Made by a program: the position numbers and the translations under genes. A stretch of DNA of 64,000 nucleotides, taken from positions 34,811 through 98,810 of the IMG/VR virus record IMGVR_UViG_3300027749_000065. One strand, 5' to 3'. How positions within the stretch are numbered: position 1 is the first letter of the stretch; each line of letters opens with the position of its first letter. Source of the stretch: a virus. Below the pieces are notes generated by a model. That model did no database searches. It saw only the letters and a program-made list of their open reading frames with translations, and had not been told where the DNA came from. This document shows positions 1 through 9,332 of the stretch, piece after piece.

Positions 1-370
1 CTGGTATTTCATATACTTGTTGATTATTAACAAGATTAAAGAAATCTTTCTTTAATTCCCAAGGACCATTTGCTTGTAATCCAACAATTTTTGAATATGA
101 ATATGTGTATTGTGTTTCATAATCCAAACTTCTTGTAGTAAATGCACGAGTTAATGATTGTGTATCGACATTAAGACCCATTAATGATGACCATTGTGAT
201 TCAATCAACCAATCACTAACATATTGTTCGTATTCTGAGATAGATAATTCTAAAAAAGTATCCATTTGTTCTTCAGTCAATTCAATACCACGAACTGGCA
301 TCCCTAAAAGGTGGAAAACTTGTGTATATAATTTTTCTTTATCTATTGGACTAATGATGGTTGATGACAT
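1..370 (-). CDS. Neck/head-tail connector protein, T4 gp13-like (N-terminal part; runs off the window)
   Basis: Manual translation from ATG at 370: MSSTIISPIDKEKLYTQVFHLLGMPVRGIELTEEQMDTFLE..., which resembles the gp13 N-terminal LGxP-x-x-x-E-L-T-x-E-Q pattern. TATTTAT motif upstream (387-393, minus strand). gp14/gp15-like genes are nearby. Confidence 0.7.
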   Translation of the reverse strand, partial: MSSTIISPIDKEKLYTQVFHLLGMPVRGIELTEEQMDTFLELSISEYEQYVSDWLIESQWSSLMGLNVDTQSLTRAFTTRSLDYETQYTYSYSKIVGLQANGPWELKKDFFNLVNNQQVYEIP

Positions 371-373
371 ATA

Positions 374-405
374 TTTGTTTTATTAAATAAATATTACTAT
401 ATTTG
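374..405 (+). promoter_or_regulatory. Bacteroidota-type sigma70 promoter (TTTG-N20-TAnnTTTG)
   Basis: TTTG at 374-377 and TATATTTG at 398-405, 20 nt apart; ATG at 411. Confidence 0.6.
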
Positions 406-410
406 GTTTT

Positions 411-1385
411 ATGACATTTAACGATTTCAAAACATTTTTTTCAAGTAACCTAAAATGGGTATATCGAGATAAATGTGATGCAGTATTTAAAAGACAATTT
501 ACTAAAATTGGTAAATATCATTTTTGTGAGAAAAATAATAAATATGGTATTCTCGATGAAGATGGTAGATGGGGGTTTGAAAATACCATAAATACTAATT
601 CAAGATGTGCATTGGAATTATATAATATTTATCTTGAGTTTGGTAATCAAAAATTAGATTTTTTTGAAAATACAGAATATTCCGTTAATAAATTATGGAA
701 TTTTATTGAAGATAATTTTGAATTACTATTCACATATAATATAGAAACAAAATATTACCATAAGTTTAGACTTATTTGTAATCTTTCTTGGTCAAGAGGT
801 CAAATAACATCAGTCTTTTTTTATTTAATACATAAAAATATATTTCCTGACACAATTAAAACAATACTTGAGTTAGAAAGAGGATTATTTTTAGATTTAA
901 AAGGAATAGATGGGTTATTAAATCAAAAAGATGGAACAGAGTTATCTTTACAAATAAAGAGTGGAACTTTTGAAAAGAAGAAATGTTTTTATATTATTGA
1001 TGGTGCTCAGAATGATTTTAATAGTCCAGCCAATTATTATTGTTACATTTATATTGGTGAAGAGAATAATCAAATTATTGTTTTTGAAAATAAAAAAGAA
1101 GGTATAATGTCAAATAATAGTCAATGTATTATTGACGAAGAAATTGTAAAATATATAGATATGGAAAATAAAGAAAATATATCACAAAAACTAATGGAAA
1201 TACTATTATTTTGTTCAAAAAATGAATTTGTTTTTGAATTAAAAAATAATGAACCAGAAAACGGTTTTAAAATCGAACTTAATCCTGAAAAAGTGGTAAC
1301 AATATCAATTAATGATTTTGAAGATAAAGGATTATATAATTTATTGGAAGAGAACTTTAATAAATTAAAGAATCTCCCCCAATAA
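411..1385 (+). CDS. Hypothetical protein, possible PD-(D/E)xK-fold nuclease
   Basis: 324 aa ORF with D-x-x-GID...QIK motif (DLKGIDGLL...SLQIKSG). Oriented opposite to both neighbours. Confidence 0.45.
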   Translation: MTFNDFKTFFSSNLKWVYRDKCDAVFKRQFTKIGKYHFCEKNNKYGILDEDGRWGFENTINTNSRCALELYNIYLEFGNQKLDFFENTEYSVNKLWNFIEDNFELLFTYNIETKYYHKFRLICNLSWSRGQITSVFFYLIHKNIFPDTIKTILELERGLFLDLKGIDGLLNQKDGTELSLQIKSGTFEKKKCFYIIDGAQNDFNSPANYYCYIYIGEENNQIIVFENKKEGIMSNNSQCIIDEEIVKYIDMENKENISQKLMEILLFCSKNEFVFELKNNEPENGFKIELNPEKVVTISINDFEDKGLYNLLEENFNKLKNLPQ

Positions 1386-4211
1386 TTCTTTTGTAAAGGA
1401 TTCTGAATATTCACCGTCACCCATCACCTGATCTATAATGTTTTTCTTTTTATTCAACATATTATAGATTATTCTTTCTATTGTATTATCAAATATTGGG
1501 TAATAAACCATAACACCCTTTTTTTGACCATATCTGTATGCCCTATCTTCTGCTTGTGAATGTAGTGCCGGCACAAATGCCAAGTCATTCATAATTACAA
1601 CTTCTGCAGCAGTTAAAGTAATACCAACACCACCAGCAACAATATTAGAAATGAATATTTTTATCTTATCTTCATTTTGAAATTTATCAACACTATCCTG
1701 TCTTTTTTCTTTTGACATTCTACCATCTAATATTACTGAATTTTTTTTATACTTTTCATGTAACATATCCAATGTCATGGTAAAATTGGTAAAAACGATT
1801 ATTTTTTTATCTTGTTCTAACGCCTTGTCAATTAATTCACATGTATAGTCTATTTTTTCAAATGAAATTACTTGTCTAATTTTCATCAAACGATTAATTG
1901 TTACACTAATACTTTCATTATCCTTTTTTTCGTTAGATATTCTCATGAAGTTTTCTAATTCTTCCTCATAATAGGTACTTTTTAACTCCAAAAAAACTGG
2001 AGATATAATCTTCTCAGGTAAATCCAATATATCTGTCTTCATTCTTCTTAAAACAAGGTTTTTTGTACGTTCTCTTAGTTCATCTAAGTGACTAGCACCA
2101 CTAGTGTTCCATATTTTTTTACCATTTACAGTAAACTGAAATCCTTTACAATATCTTTTGACATAACTTTGCCAATTAAGGGTTAAAGGTGAATCAACGA
2201 TGCTCAAAAGATTAAAATAATTAATTGGTCTTGATGTCATTGGTGTACCTGTTAATAACCACACTTTTGGAATTTTATCTAAAATGTCATTTAATAGTTT
2301 AGTTCTATTTGCGGTGGTATTTGAAATCATATGTGCTTCATCCACAATAGCCAAATCAAATTTTTCATTTTCAATTAAATTTAATTCAGGATTTTCATTA
2401 TCTATTGCGTGGTAGTTTTTGATTATATCATAATTAATAATATAAAATTTAAATGTTGAACCCCATTTTCCACCTTCAACAATTAAAACACGTTCATCTG
2501 AATAAATCGAAATCTCTCTTTGCCAGTTAATCTTTAAAGATGCCGGACAAACAATCAATATTTTTTTAGCACCACTTTCTAAAGATGCGATCGTAGCAGA
2601 AGTTGTATTATGTGTAACAATCGCATGTTCTGCAACATATAATTTATCTGGAGAATCTACTGAAATACATGTACACTCACTTTCACCATATTTTTCAATA
2701 TTAGTGATATATCTACCCGTTGGATATTTTTTAGGTTCGTTATATAAATCTGATTTTCGTTTTAAACGAAATGGGTTCATACCTGGAGGTAATTTTATAT
2801 TTAATCTATATGATATTTTACATTCAACTCTAATTCCATTTTTTTTATAAAAACTTCTTCTTGACCTTTTTCTACAAATACCACCTAAAGTATGAACAAT
2901 TTCAGCAACATCATCACATAGTTGTTCAGACACAGTAGAAAATTCAGTTCCATTAAAATTACCATTTTTTGATTTCATACAATGTCCATCAGTATCCATC
3001 AATCCTTGTAATATTGATAGTCTATTTTCAATTGTTGTATATTTGTATATATCAGGTATAAATTTATTATGTGATCGAGTATGTTCCAAATGTAGATCGA
3101 ATAATGAATTTCCAACATTTATATAACCATTTCTTTTGTTATCTTGTGGTTTGTTTTCTTTTAATTTAAATAAACTAAATAAAGAATCATAATCATCTTT
3201 ATGAACAGAAAATTTTATATTTTTATTTTTAAATGACCCATCACCCAATCCAAGTCCTAATAAATAAGGATCAATCGGTAAAATATTTTTATTATTAAAT
3301 TCTATCGGTTTAACAATTGGTATTTGCCACTTATTATTTCCATTTGGGGATTTATAATATGTATTAATTTTGTAATCTCTATCTTCATTATAACCACTAC
3401 CTTTTATTAATATTTCCCCACCTTCAAACATTTGTTTAGTTGATAACACTAAAGATTTTTTCAATCTATCATTTTTTCTATTTTTACCATAATTTGGTGA
3501 TGAAACTGACCATAAATGTTCATCCCCACTTAAAATTGTGTATCCATCATTAAAAGTTATTTTATATGTTTCTTTTTTACCTTGAGGAAATACACCAATT
3601 ACATTACACGGTTTACCATTTGAACCAATTACCTTATCGCCAATAACAATTTCACCCATTTTTTTTACACCTAACTCATTGTAAATCAATGTATTATTGT
3701 CTAAAAATTTCCCCAAACCCATATCATCCGCCAATATGAATTTATCGTTTGCTAGTAATTTCTCAATTGCAACTTTTTGATGTTCTAATGGTGGTCTTTT
3801 ATTAAATCTTGAATAATCAATAATTCTATTTAATTTTTTTTCAGGTTGTACGATTGCTGCTTTAGGTAACCAAAATGCGTGGTTAACTTCATGTTCAAGA
3901 TATTTTCCCCATATATGATATGCCTTATCGCTTTCACATAATAATTTTTCACACCAAATATGTTCCAATTTATCTAATAATAAACGTTCATCCATTATTT
4001 TTTCAGCAAAAGAATCAACAATTTTTATGTGTTTTTTTGCCACTTTTGGTTCAACATTATGGTAGTTTAAAACATAATCAGATTGTGGGCGTGACAATTT
4101 AAAGTTCTTAACGGACGTGAACTTGTTCTTCAATTCTAATAGATGGTTATTTGCTCCACTATATTCTAATAATATTTCTCTTGCCCTAATTTCAGGAATT
4201 TTATTATTCAT
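1365..4211 (-). CDS. SNF2/SMARCAL1-like helicase with intein
   Basis: ILADDMGLGK/T motif I split by an intein, IVCPASLKINW, VDEAH, LLTGTP, GGVGITLTAA, QAEDRAYRYGQ. Confidence 0.93.
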   Translation of the reverse strand: MNNKIPEIRAREILLEYSGANNHLLELKNKFTSVKNFKLSRPQSDYVLNYHNVEPKVAKKHIKIVDSFAEKIMDERLLLDKLEHIWCEKLLCESDKAYHIWGKYLEHEVNHAFWLPKAAIVQPEKKLNRIIDYSRFNKRPPLEHQKVAIEKLLANDKFILADDMGLGKFLDNNTLIYNELGVKKMGEIVIGDKVIGSNGKPCNVIGVFPQGKKETYKITFNDGYTILSGDEHLWSVSSPNYGKNRKNDRLKKSLVLSTKQMFEGGEILIKGSGYNEDRDYKINTYYKSPNGNNKWQIPIVKPIEFNNKNILPIDPYLLGLGLGDGSFKNKNIKFSVHKDDYDSLFSLFKLKENKPQDNKRNGYINVGNSLFDLHLEHTRSHNKFIPDIYKYTTIENRLSILQGLMDTDGHCMKSKNGNFNGTEFSTVSEQLCDDVAEIVHTLGGICRKRSRRSFYKKNGIRVECKISYRLNIKLPPGMNPFRLKRKSDLYNEPKKYPTGRYITNIEKYGESECTCISVDSPDKLYVAEHAIVTHNTTSATIASLESGAKKILIVCPASLKINWQREISIYSDERVLIVEGGKWGSTFKFYIINYDIIKNYHAIDNENPELNLIENEKFDLAIVDEAHMISNTTANRTKLLNDILDKIPKVWLLTGTPMTSRPINYFNLLSIVDSPLTLNWQSYVKRYCKGFQFTVNGKKIWNTSGASHLDELRERTKNLVLRRMKTDILDLPEKIISPVFLELKSTYYEEELENFMRISNEKKDNESISVTINRLMKIRQVISFEKIDYTCELIDKALEQDKKIIVFTNFTMTLDMLHEKYKKNSVILDGRMSKEKRQDSVDKFQNEDKIKIFISNIVAGGVGITLTAAEVVIMNDLAFVPALHSQAEDRAYRYGQKKGVMVYYPIFDNTIERIIYNMLNKKKNIIDQVMGDGEYSESFTKELLGEIL
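2607..3707 (-). mobile_element. Class 3 intein with LAGLIDADG endonuclease in SNF2 Walker A (367 aa)
   Basis: Starts with Phe after GLGK and ends IVTHN/T. EHLW (block B Trp), ECTCISV (block F Cys), THN (block G Thr). LLGLGLGDG and LQGLMDTDG motifs. Confidence 0.9.
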
Positions 4212-4246
4212 AATAAAATATAATAAAATGGAATGACATTTTAAAG

Positions 4247-4253
4247 TATTTAT
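4247..4253 (+). promoter_or_regulatory. TATTTAT candidate late promoter (representative copy)
   Basis: The same heptamer lies just upstream of starts at 4247, 6246, 9289, 11100, 11688, 13608, 15543, 26476, 37774, 40115, 48252, 56180, 62230, 63669 and 387-393 (minus). Confidence 0.65.
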
Positions 4254-4259
4254 AAGTAT

Positions 4260-4772
4260 ATGGATAATAAATTACCGATAACTCGTTTGGGGAAATTCAT
4301 TTCTGAAGATGATTTTCAACTAAATATTTCAATGGGAGAAGAATATCTTCATGGTGATTTGAATATGAAACTTGTTTTATATAGGGTTGATAGACAAAAA
4401 ACAGATATTGATAATGTTTATGGTGAAGTGGGTATGGATGAAATAAAATATCAACCTCCAGTAGAATTTAATGGATTGGTTAAAATTATTGAACCAAAGA
4501 ATAGTTCATATAAAGATGGTTTGGTAAGATATAACGAACCTGGAAATATGACCATATCTATTTATATTAAACATTTAAATGAATTAAAAATTGATATAAA
4601 ATATGGTGATTATATAGGTTATTCTGAATCTGAAACTAAAACAAGATTTTATAGTGTTATAGACGATGGTAAAGTTACATCAGATAATAAACATACGATG
4701 TTCGGTTATAAACCTTTTTATAGGACTATAACTTGTTCACCTGTACAAGACGGAGAATTTAGAGGAGTATAA
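4260..4772 (+). CDS. Neck/head closure protein (gp14-like)
   Basis: NVYGE motif, size, and position before the tail terminator and sheath genes. Confidence 0.55.
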   Translation: MDNKLPITRLGKFISEDDFQLNISMGEEYLHGDLNMKLVLYRVDRQKTDIDNVYGEVGMDEIKYQPPVEFNGLVKIIEPKNSSYKDGLVRYNEPGNMTISIYIKHLNELKIDIKYGDYIGYSESETKTRFYSVIDDGKVTSDNKHTMFGYKPFYRTITCSPVQDGEFRGV

Positions 4773-4773
4773 T

Positions 4774-6009
4774 ATGGGAACACCAAAAAGAAAAACGAAT
4801 ATTAAAATATATTCTGAAAAAATTTTAACGGACAGAAGACAAGAATTATTAGATAATATCACAAAAAATGATCCATATCTACCTGATAGTATATTGCACG
4901 ATGATTTAGATAGAGGTTTATTAGATTATGTTATTAAAAACTTTAAAGTGACATCTGATGGTAAACAAATACCTATTATAGAAAAAATATTAACAATACA
5001 AAGATGGGCAGAGTTTACAAATAATTGGGAATTTTCAGATGAGGATGGTATTGTTCAATTACCATTTGTGTCAATTATTAGAAAACCAGATGTACAATTT
5101 GGTACAAATCCATCTGTTCAAAGAACAATACCTGATAGGCATCAATTTTATTATTCTATTGTACAAACTTGGAATGGTAACGAGAAGGGTGCGGATGTTT
5201 ATAAAATACCACAACCTATACCTGTTGACATTACATATGATGTTACAATTATTTGTAATAAATTTAGAGATGTTAATAAATTTAATAAAATAGTTTTACA
5301 ACATTTTGCATCAAGACAAGACTATACAATTGTAAAAGGACATTACATTCCAATTGTTCTTGATAAAATTGAAGATAATACACCAATGCAGACTTTAGAT
5401 GGTCGTAGATTTTATGTCCAAACATATCAATTTACAATGTTAGGGTTTTTAATTGATAGTGAAGAATTTGAAGTTAAACCGGCAATTAGTAGAGCAATAC
5501 TAATGGATGAAATAGTTACTGAAAATAGACCAAGTAAAATTATAAAACAATCGGTTATAGATATTACAATCGTTTCTTTTAAAGGAAATGGTACTCAAAT
5601 AATATTCACTGTTGGTGAACCTATTGGTGTTTTGTTTAATGTTACAATAAATGGGTTAACTCAAAGGGATGGTGTGGATTATTTTCACATATCTAATTCT
5701 TCAAGAATATCATTCTCAGAACCACCACCATCAAATAGTACTATTGTAATAACATATTATAAAGGTAGAAATCCATCAATGACAAATACTAATGGAGTGA
5801 TCTTAAATTATAATTTAGAGTATTTTACTTATAATGGTTCTACATTAACATTTAATACAACTAACCCAATTGTTAGTGTTATTTTTTTAGAAATTAATGG
5901 TTTAATTGAAGTGAAATCAATTGATTATAATATTTCTGTTTTAGGTGTTATAGAATTATCACAACCACCTATTATTGGATCAGTTATTGGGGTGGGTTAT
6001 TTATATTAA
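4774..6009 (+). CDS. Tail terminator (gp15-like) with two C-terminal beta-rich repeats
   Basis: PIPVDITYDV motif and position before the sheath gene. C-terminal repeats of the type NG...INGL...DY...I.xS.PP. Confidence 0.6.
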   Translation: MGTPKRKTNIKIYSEKILTDRRQELLDNITKNDPYLPDSILHDDLDRGLLDYVIKNFKVTSDGKQIPIIEKILTIQRWAEFTNNWEFSDEDGIVQLPFVSIIRKPDVQFGTNPSVQRTIPDRHQFYYSIVQTWNGNEKGADVYKIPQPIPVDITYDVTIICNKFRDVNKFNKIVLQHFASRQDYTIVKGHYIPIVLDKIEDNTPMQTLDGRRFYVQTYQFTMLGFLIDSEEFEVKPAISRAILMDEIVTENRPSKIIKQSVIDITIVSFKGNGTQIIFTVGEPIGVLFNVTINGLTQRDGVDYFHISNSSRISFSEPPPSNSTIVITYYKGRNPSMTNTNGVILNYNLEYFTYNGSTLTFNTTNPIVSVIFLEINGLIEVKSIDYNISVLGVIELSQPPIIGSVIGVGYLY

Positions 6010-6164
6010 TCATCACCATATAAATCTTTTTTTATTGGTTTACAATGTTGTTCTATCCATTTTTCAATGATTTTATGGATTTTTAAACCATTTTTTTCAC
6101 AATGACTTTTTAACATTGTATGATGTTTTTCACTTATCTTAACGTTTTTTTGTTTGTTTTCCAT
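6006..6164 (-). CDS. Small ribbon-helix-helix-like regulator (52 aa; not in ORF track)
   Basis: Manual translation: MENKQKNVKISEKHHTMLKSHCEKNGLKIHKIIEKWIEQHCKPIKKDLYGDD. Beta strand followed by a helix-G-helix pattern; divergent from the sheath gene. Confidence 0.65.
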   Translation of the reverse strand: MENKQKNVKISEKHHTMLKSHCEKNGLKIHKIIEKWIEQHCKPIKKDLYGDD

Positions 6165-6183
6165 ATAAAATATATTAAAAGAT

Positions 6184-6211
6184 AAAATAAGATAGTTTAT
6201 TATCTTATTTT
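6184..6211. promoter_or_regulatory. Perfect 11-bp inverted repeat, candidate operator
   Basis: AAAATAAGATA-gtttat-TATCTTATTTT between the divergent RHH-like and sheath genes. Further AAGAT/ATCTT boxes at 6179, 6226 and 6242. Confidence 0.45.
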
Positions 6212-6291
6212 TGGAATATAGTAAAATCTTTGATAAAAATAAAGATATTTATTAAATAAGAAATAAAAATTTTAAACAAACAAAAAAATCA

Positions 6292-9213
6292 ATGGCAAAT
6301 TCAAACAGAGTATTCGTTTCTCCGGGTGTGTACACATCAGAGCTCGATTTAACATTTGTGGCACAAAGTGTTGGTGTCACAACACTAGGTTTAGTGGGTG
6401 AAACTTTAAAAGGTCCTGCATTTGAACCTATCTTAATTTCATCTTGGGATGAATTTAGAACATATTTTGGAAGTTCTTCACCAGAAAAAGATGGTGTTGG
6501 AAATCCAAAATATGAATTACCTTACTTCGCCAAATCTTATCTAACAGAAGCGAATCAATTATTCGTTACAAGGATTCTTGGGTATACAGGGTATAAACCA
6601 GGTCTTTCTTATGGTATTAAATCACTAGGTGGTATTAATCTTGGTACATATAGTGGTTATACTAATGGACTTACAATGTCAGGTACTAGTACTACGATTA
6701 CCGCATCAACAATTTATAATGAATTATCAGGTAAAACAAATATAGGAAATGGTTTATCAGTTACAAATTATATTGTTAGTAAATATAGTGGAAATACATC
6801 AACAAATCATAATGACTGGTTCACAATAGGACTTATTCCGTCAGCGAATATTCCTAATAATGGAACTGAGGTTAAATCACCATTTACTGATGATTATAAT
6901 TTGAATAACAAAAACAATAAAGAATGGTATAATGTATTCTTCCATAAAACAGGTTCGACTGACTCAACAATAGATGGGGTATATTCATATTTATTTCAAT
7001 ATAATTCAGGTACATCAAGATTTGATGTGACAAGATTTATATATTCAGCATCGCTTAATACTGATTATGACAACATAATTATTGCTTGTTTAAGATCAAG
7101 AGGTCATTATGTGACAAATAAATTAAAATTAGAAGTTACTGGATTAACAAGTGTTAGTTTATCATCAGTTAATGATATAACAGTTAACCCATATCAAGAT
7201 TTCACTATTAGTGTTACGGGTTCAACTGGTGGAAATAAATCATTTACATGTAACATAGATAATACTTCGTCTAAATCTTTAACAAAAGTATTAGGTACAG
7301 AAGTATTTGATAGGGATTATTATGATCATCCATTATATGTTCATGAATATTATCCAAATTTATTGAAGAATGCTTATCAACAAGGTTATATTAGAGGTTT
7401 AAGTTTAACAATCGTAACAAACGATGAGCAAGATGGTTTTTTACCAAGTAATGGTGGTTATAAGGCGTTTGATACCCCAGCATCACCAATGGTTGTTTCT
7501 GAGGTAAGAGGTGGTAAAGTATTAGATTTATTCAATGTAATAACAATATCAGATGGTAATGATGCAAATGAACAAGTTAAAATTACGATCCAAAATATCA
7601 ATACAGATAATGGTGAATTTGATTTAATTGTTAGAGATTTTTATGATACTGATTCAAATCAAGTTGTACTTGAAAAATTCTCAAGATGTTCAATGAATCC
7701 TGACGCTCCGGGGTATATAGGTATAAAAGTTGGTACATCAGATGGTCAATATCCATTATTGTCAAAATATATAATGTTAAATTTAGAACCTAACGCACCT
7801 GTTGATTCAATTCCAGCTGGTTTCAGAGGATTTGTTAAAAATACAATATTTGGTACATCATATCTTGGTGAAACCATATATAAAACAAAATATTTTAATC
7901 CGGGTGATACAATTTATTATACCGCAGACGGTACTCCAAATATATCATCTGGAGATAAAATTAGAAATGTAACATTAGGTTTATCTTCATCTGATGGTTT
8001 TTCATATGATGCTGATTTATTTAAATATAAAGGGTCACATGCTGCAGGACAAACATTTGGTTTTCATTTATCTGTAAATGCGTCAGGTTTAACTGCAATA
8101 TATGGTGCAACAGGAACAACAGGAACAACATATAAAACAACCCCTTATGATTTAGAAGGTCAAACATCAGGATCAACAGGTGTTAATATGTTAACAAAAT
8201 TAGCAAATCGTAAATTCACATTTGCAGTGTGTGGTGGTTTTGATGGTTGGGATATATATAGAAGTACAAGAACATATGATGATGGTTATATTTTTGGTAA
8301 ATCAACATATACTAATAGTAATATAAACAATGGTGGTGTGTTTAACGTAACAAAAGGTAATTCTGATTATTATGCATATTATGATGGTATAAAAACTTTT
8401 GCAAATCCAGAATCAATTGATATTAACGTATTTGCAACACCTGGTATTAACTTCTATAATCATAGTTCTTTAACAAATCAAGCGATTGAAATGATTGAAG
8501 TAGATAGAGCTGATTCATTATATGTTATATCATCACCTAATGAAAGTACTGCGGACGGTGTAATTGGTGATATCATGGATCAAGAATATGATAGTAATTA
8601 CTCAGCAACATACTGGCCTTGGATTCAAATTAAAGATGTTGATAATGCAACTCAAATATATATCCCACCAACAGGTGAGGTATTAAGAAACATCGCATTA
8701 ACTGATAACATTGCTTATCCTTGGTACGCATCCGCTGGTTACTCAAGAGGACTTGTTAAATCAATTAAAGCAGTTAAGAAATTAACATCTGATGAAAGAG
8801 ATAATTTGTATAAAAATAGAATTAACCCAATTGCAACATTCTCCGATACTGGTACAATTATTTGGGGTAATAAAACACTTCAAGTTAGAGAATCAGCACT
8901 TGATAGAATTAACGTAAGAAGATTATTATTAAGAGCAAGAAAGTTAATCTCAGCTGTTTGTGTAAGATTATTATTTGAACAAAATGATGACCAAATTAGA
9001 CAAGAATTCTTGAGATTAGTTAATCCAATTCTTGAAGCAATTAAAAAAGAAAGAGGTTTAACTGATTTCCGTGTAACTGTTTCTAATGACCCTGCTGATA
9101 TTGATGCAAATACATTGAGAGGTAAAATATACATCAAACCAACACGTAGTTTGGAATTTATTGATGTAGAATTTATCATAACTCCAACAGGTGCTTCATT
9201 TGAAAACGTGTAA
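6292..9213 (+). CDS. Contractile tail sheath protein
   Basis: SPGVYTSELD N-terminus; PWYASAGYSRG, RINPI, IWGNKT, RINVRRL, PTRSLEFI C-terminal sheath motifs. Confidence 0.96.
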   Translation: MANSNRVFVSPGVYTSELDLTFVAQSVGVTTLGLVGETLKGPAFEPILISSWDEFRTYFGSSSPEKDGVGNPKYELPYFAKSYLTEANQLFVTRILGYTGYKPGLSYGIKSLGGINLGTYSGYTNGLTMSGTSTTITASTIYNELSGKTNIGNGLSVTNYIVSKYSGNTSTNHNDWFTIGLIPSANIPNNGTEVKSPFTDDYNLNNKNNKEWYNVFFHKTGSTDSTIDGVYSYLFQYNSGTSRFDVTRFIYSASLNTDYDNIIIACLRSRGHYVTNKLKLEVTGLTSVSLSSVNDITVNPYQDFTISVTGSTGGNKSFTCNIDNTSSKSLTKVLGTEVFDRDYYDHPLYVHEYYPNLLKNAYQQGYIRGLSLTIVTNDEQDGFLPSNGGYKAFDTPASPMVVSEVRGGKVLDLFNVITISDGNDANEQVKITIQNINTDNGEFDLIVRDFYDTDSNQVVLEKFSRCSMNPDAPGYIGIKVGTSDGQYPLLSKYIMLNLEPNAPVDSIPAGFRGFVKNTIFGTSYLGETIYKTKYFNPGDTIYYTADGTPNISSGDKIRNVTLGLSSSDGFSYDADLFKYKGSHAAGQTFGFHLSVNASGLTAIYGATGTTGTTYKTTPYDLEGQTSGSTGVNMLTKLANRKFTFAVCGGFDGWDIYRSTRTYDDGYIFGKSTYTNSNINNGGVFNVTKGNSDYYAYYDGIKTFANPESIDINVFATPGINFYNHSSLTNQAIEMIEVDRADSLYVISSPNESTADGVIGDIMDQEYDSNYSATYWPWIQIKDVDNATQIYIPPTGEVLRNIALTDNIAYPWYASAGYSRGLVKSIKAVKKLTSDERDNLYKNRINPIATFSDTGTIIWGNKTLQVRESALDRINVRRLLLRARKLISAVCVRLLFEQNDDQIRQEFLRLVNPILEAIKKERGLTDFRVTVSNDPADIDANTLRGKIYIKPTRSLEFIDVEFIITPTGASFENV

Positions 9214-9233
9214 AATTTAAACATAATAATTTT

Positions 9234-9270
9234 AAAAAACCTTTTAAGAAATTCTTAAAAGGTTTTTTTA
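9234..9270 (+). terminator. Intrinsic (bidirectional-type) terminator
   Basis: AAAAAACCTTTTAAGAA-a-TTCTTAAAAGGTTTTTT after the sheath stop codon. Confidence 0.8.
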
Positions 9271-9332
9271 TTTTAATACTTTTTACTATATTTATGTATA
9301 TAGGTTAACGTTACCATTAAATATATTTTACC

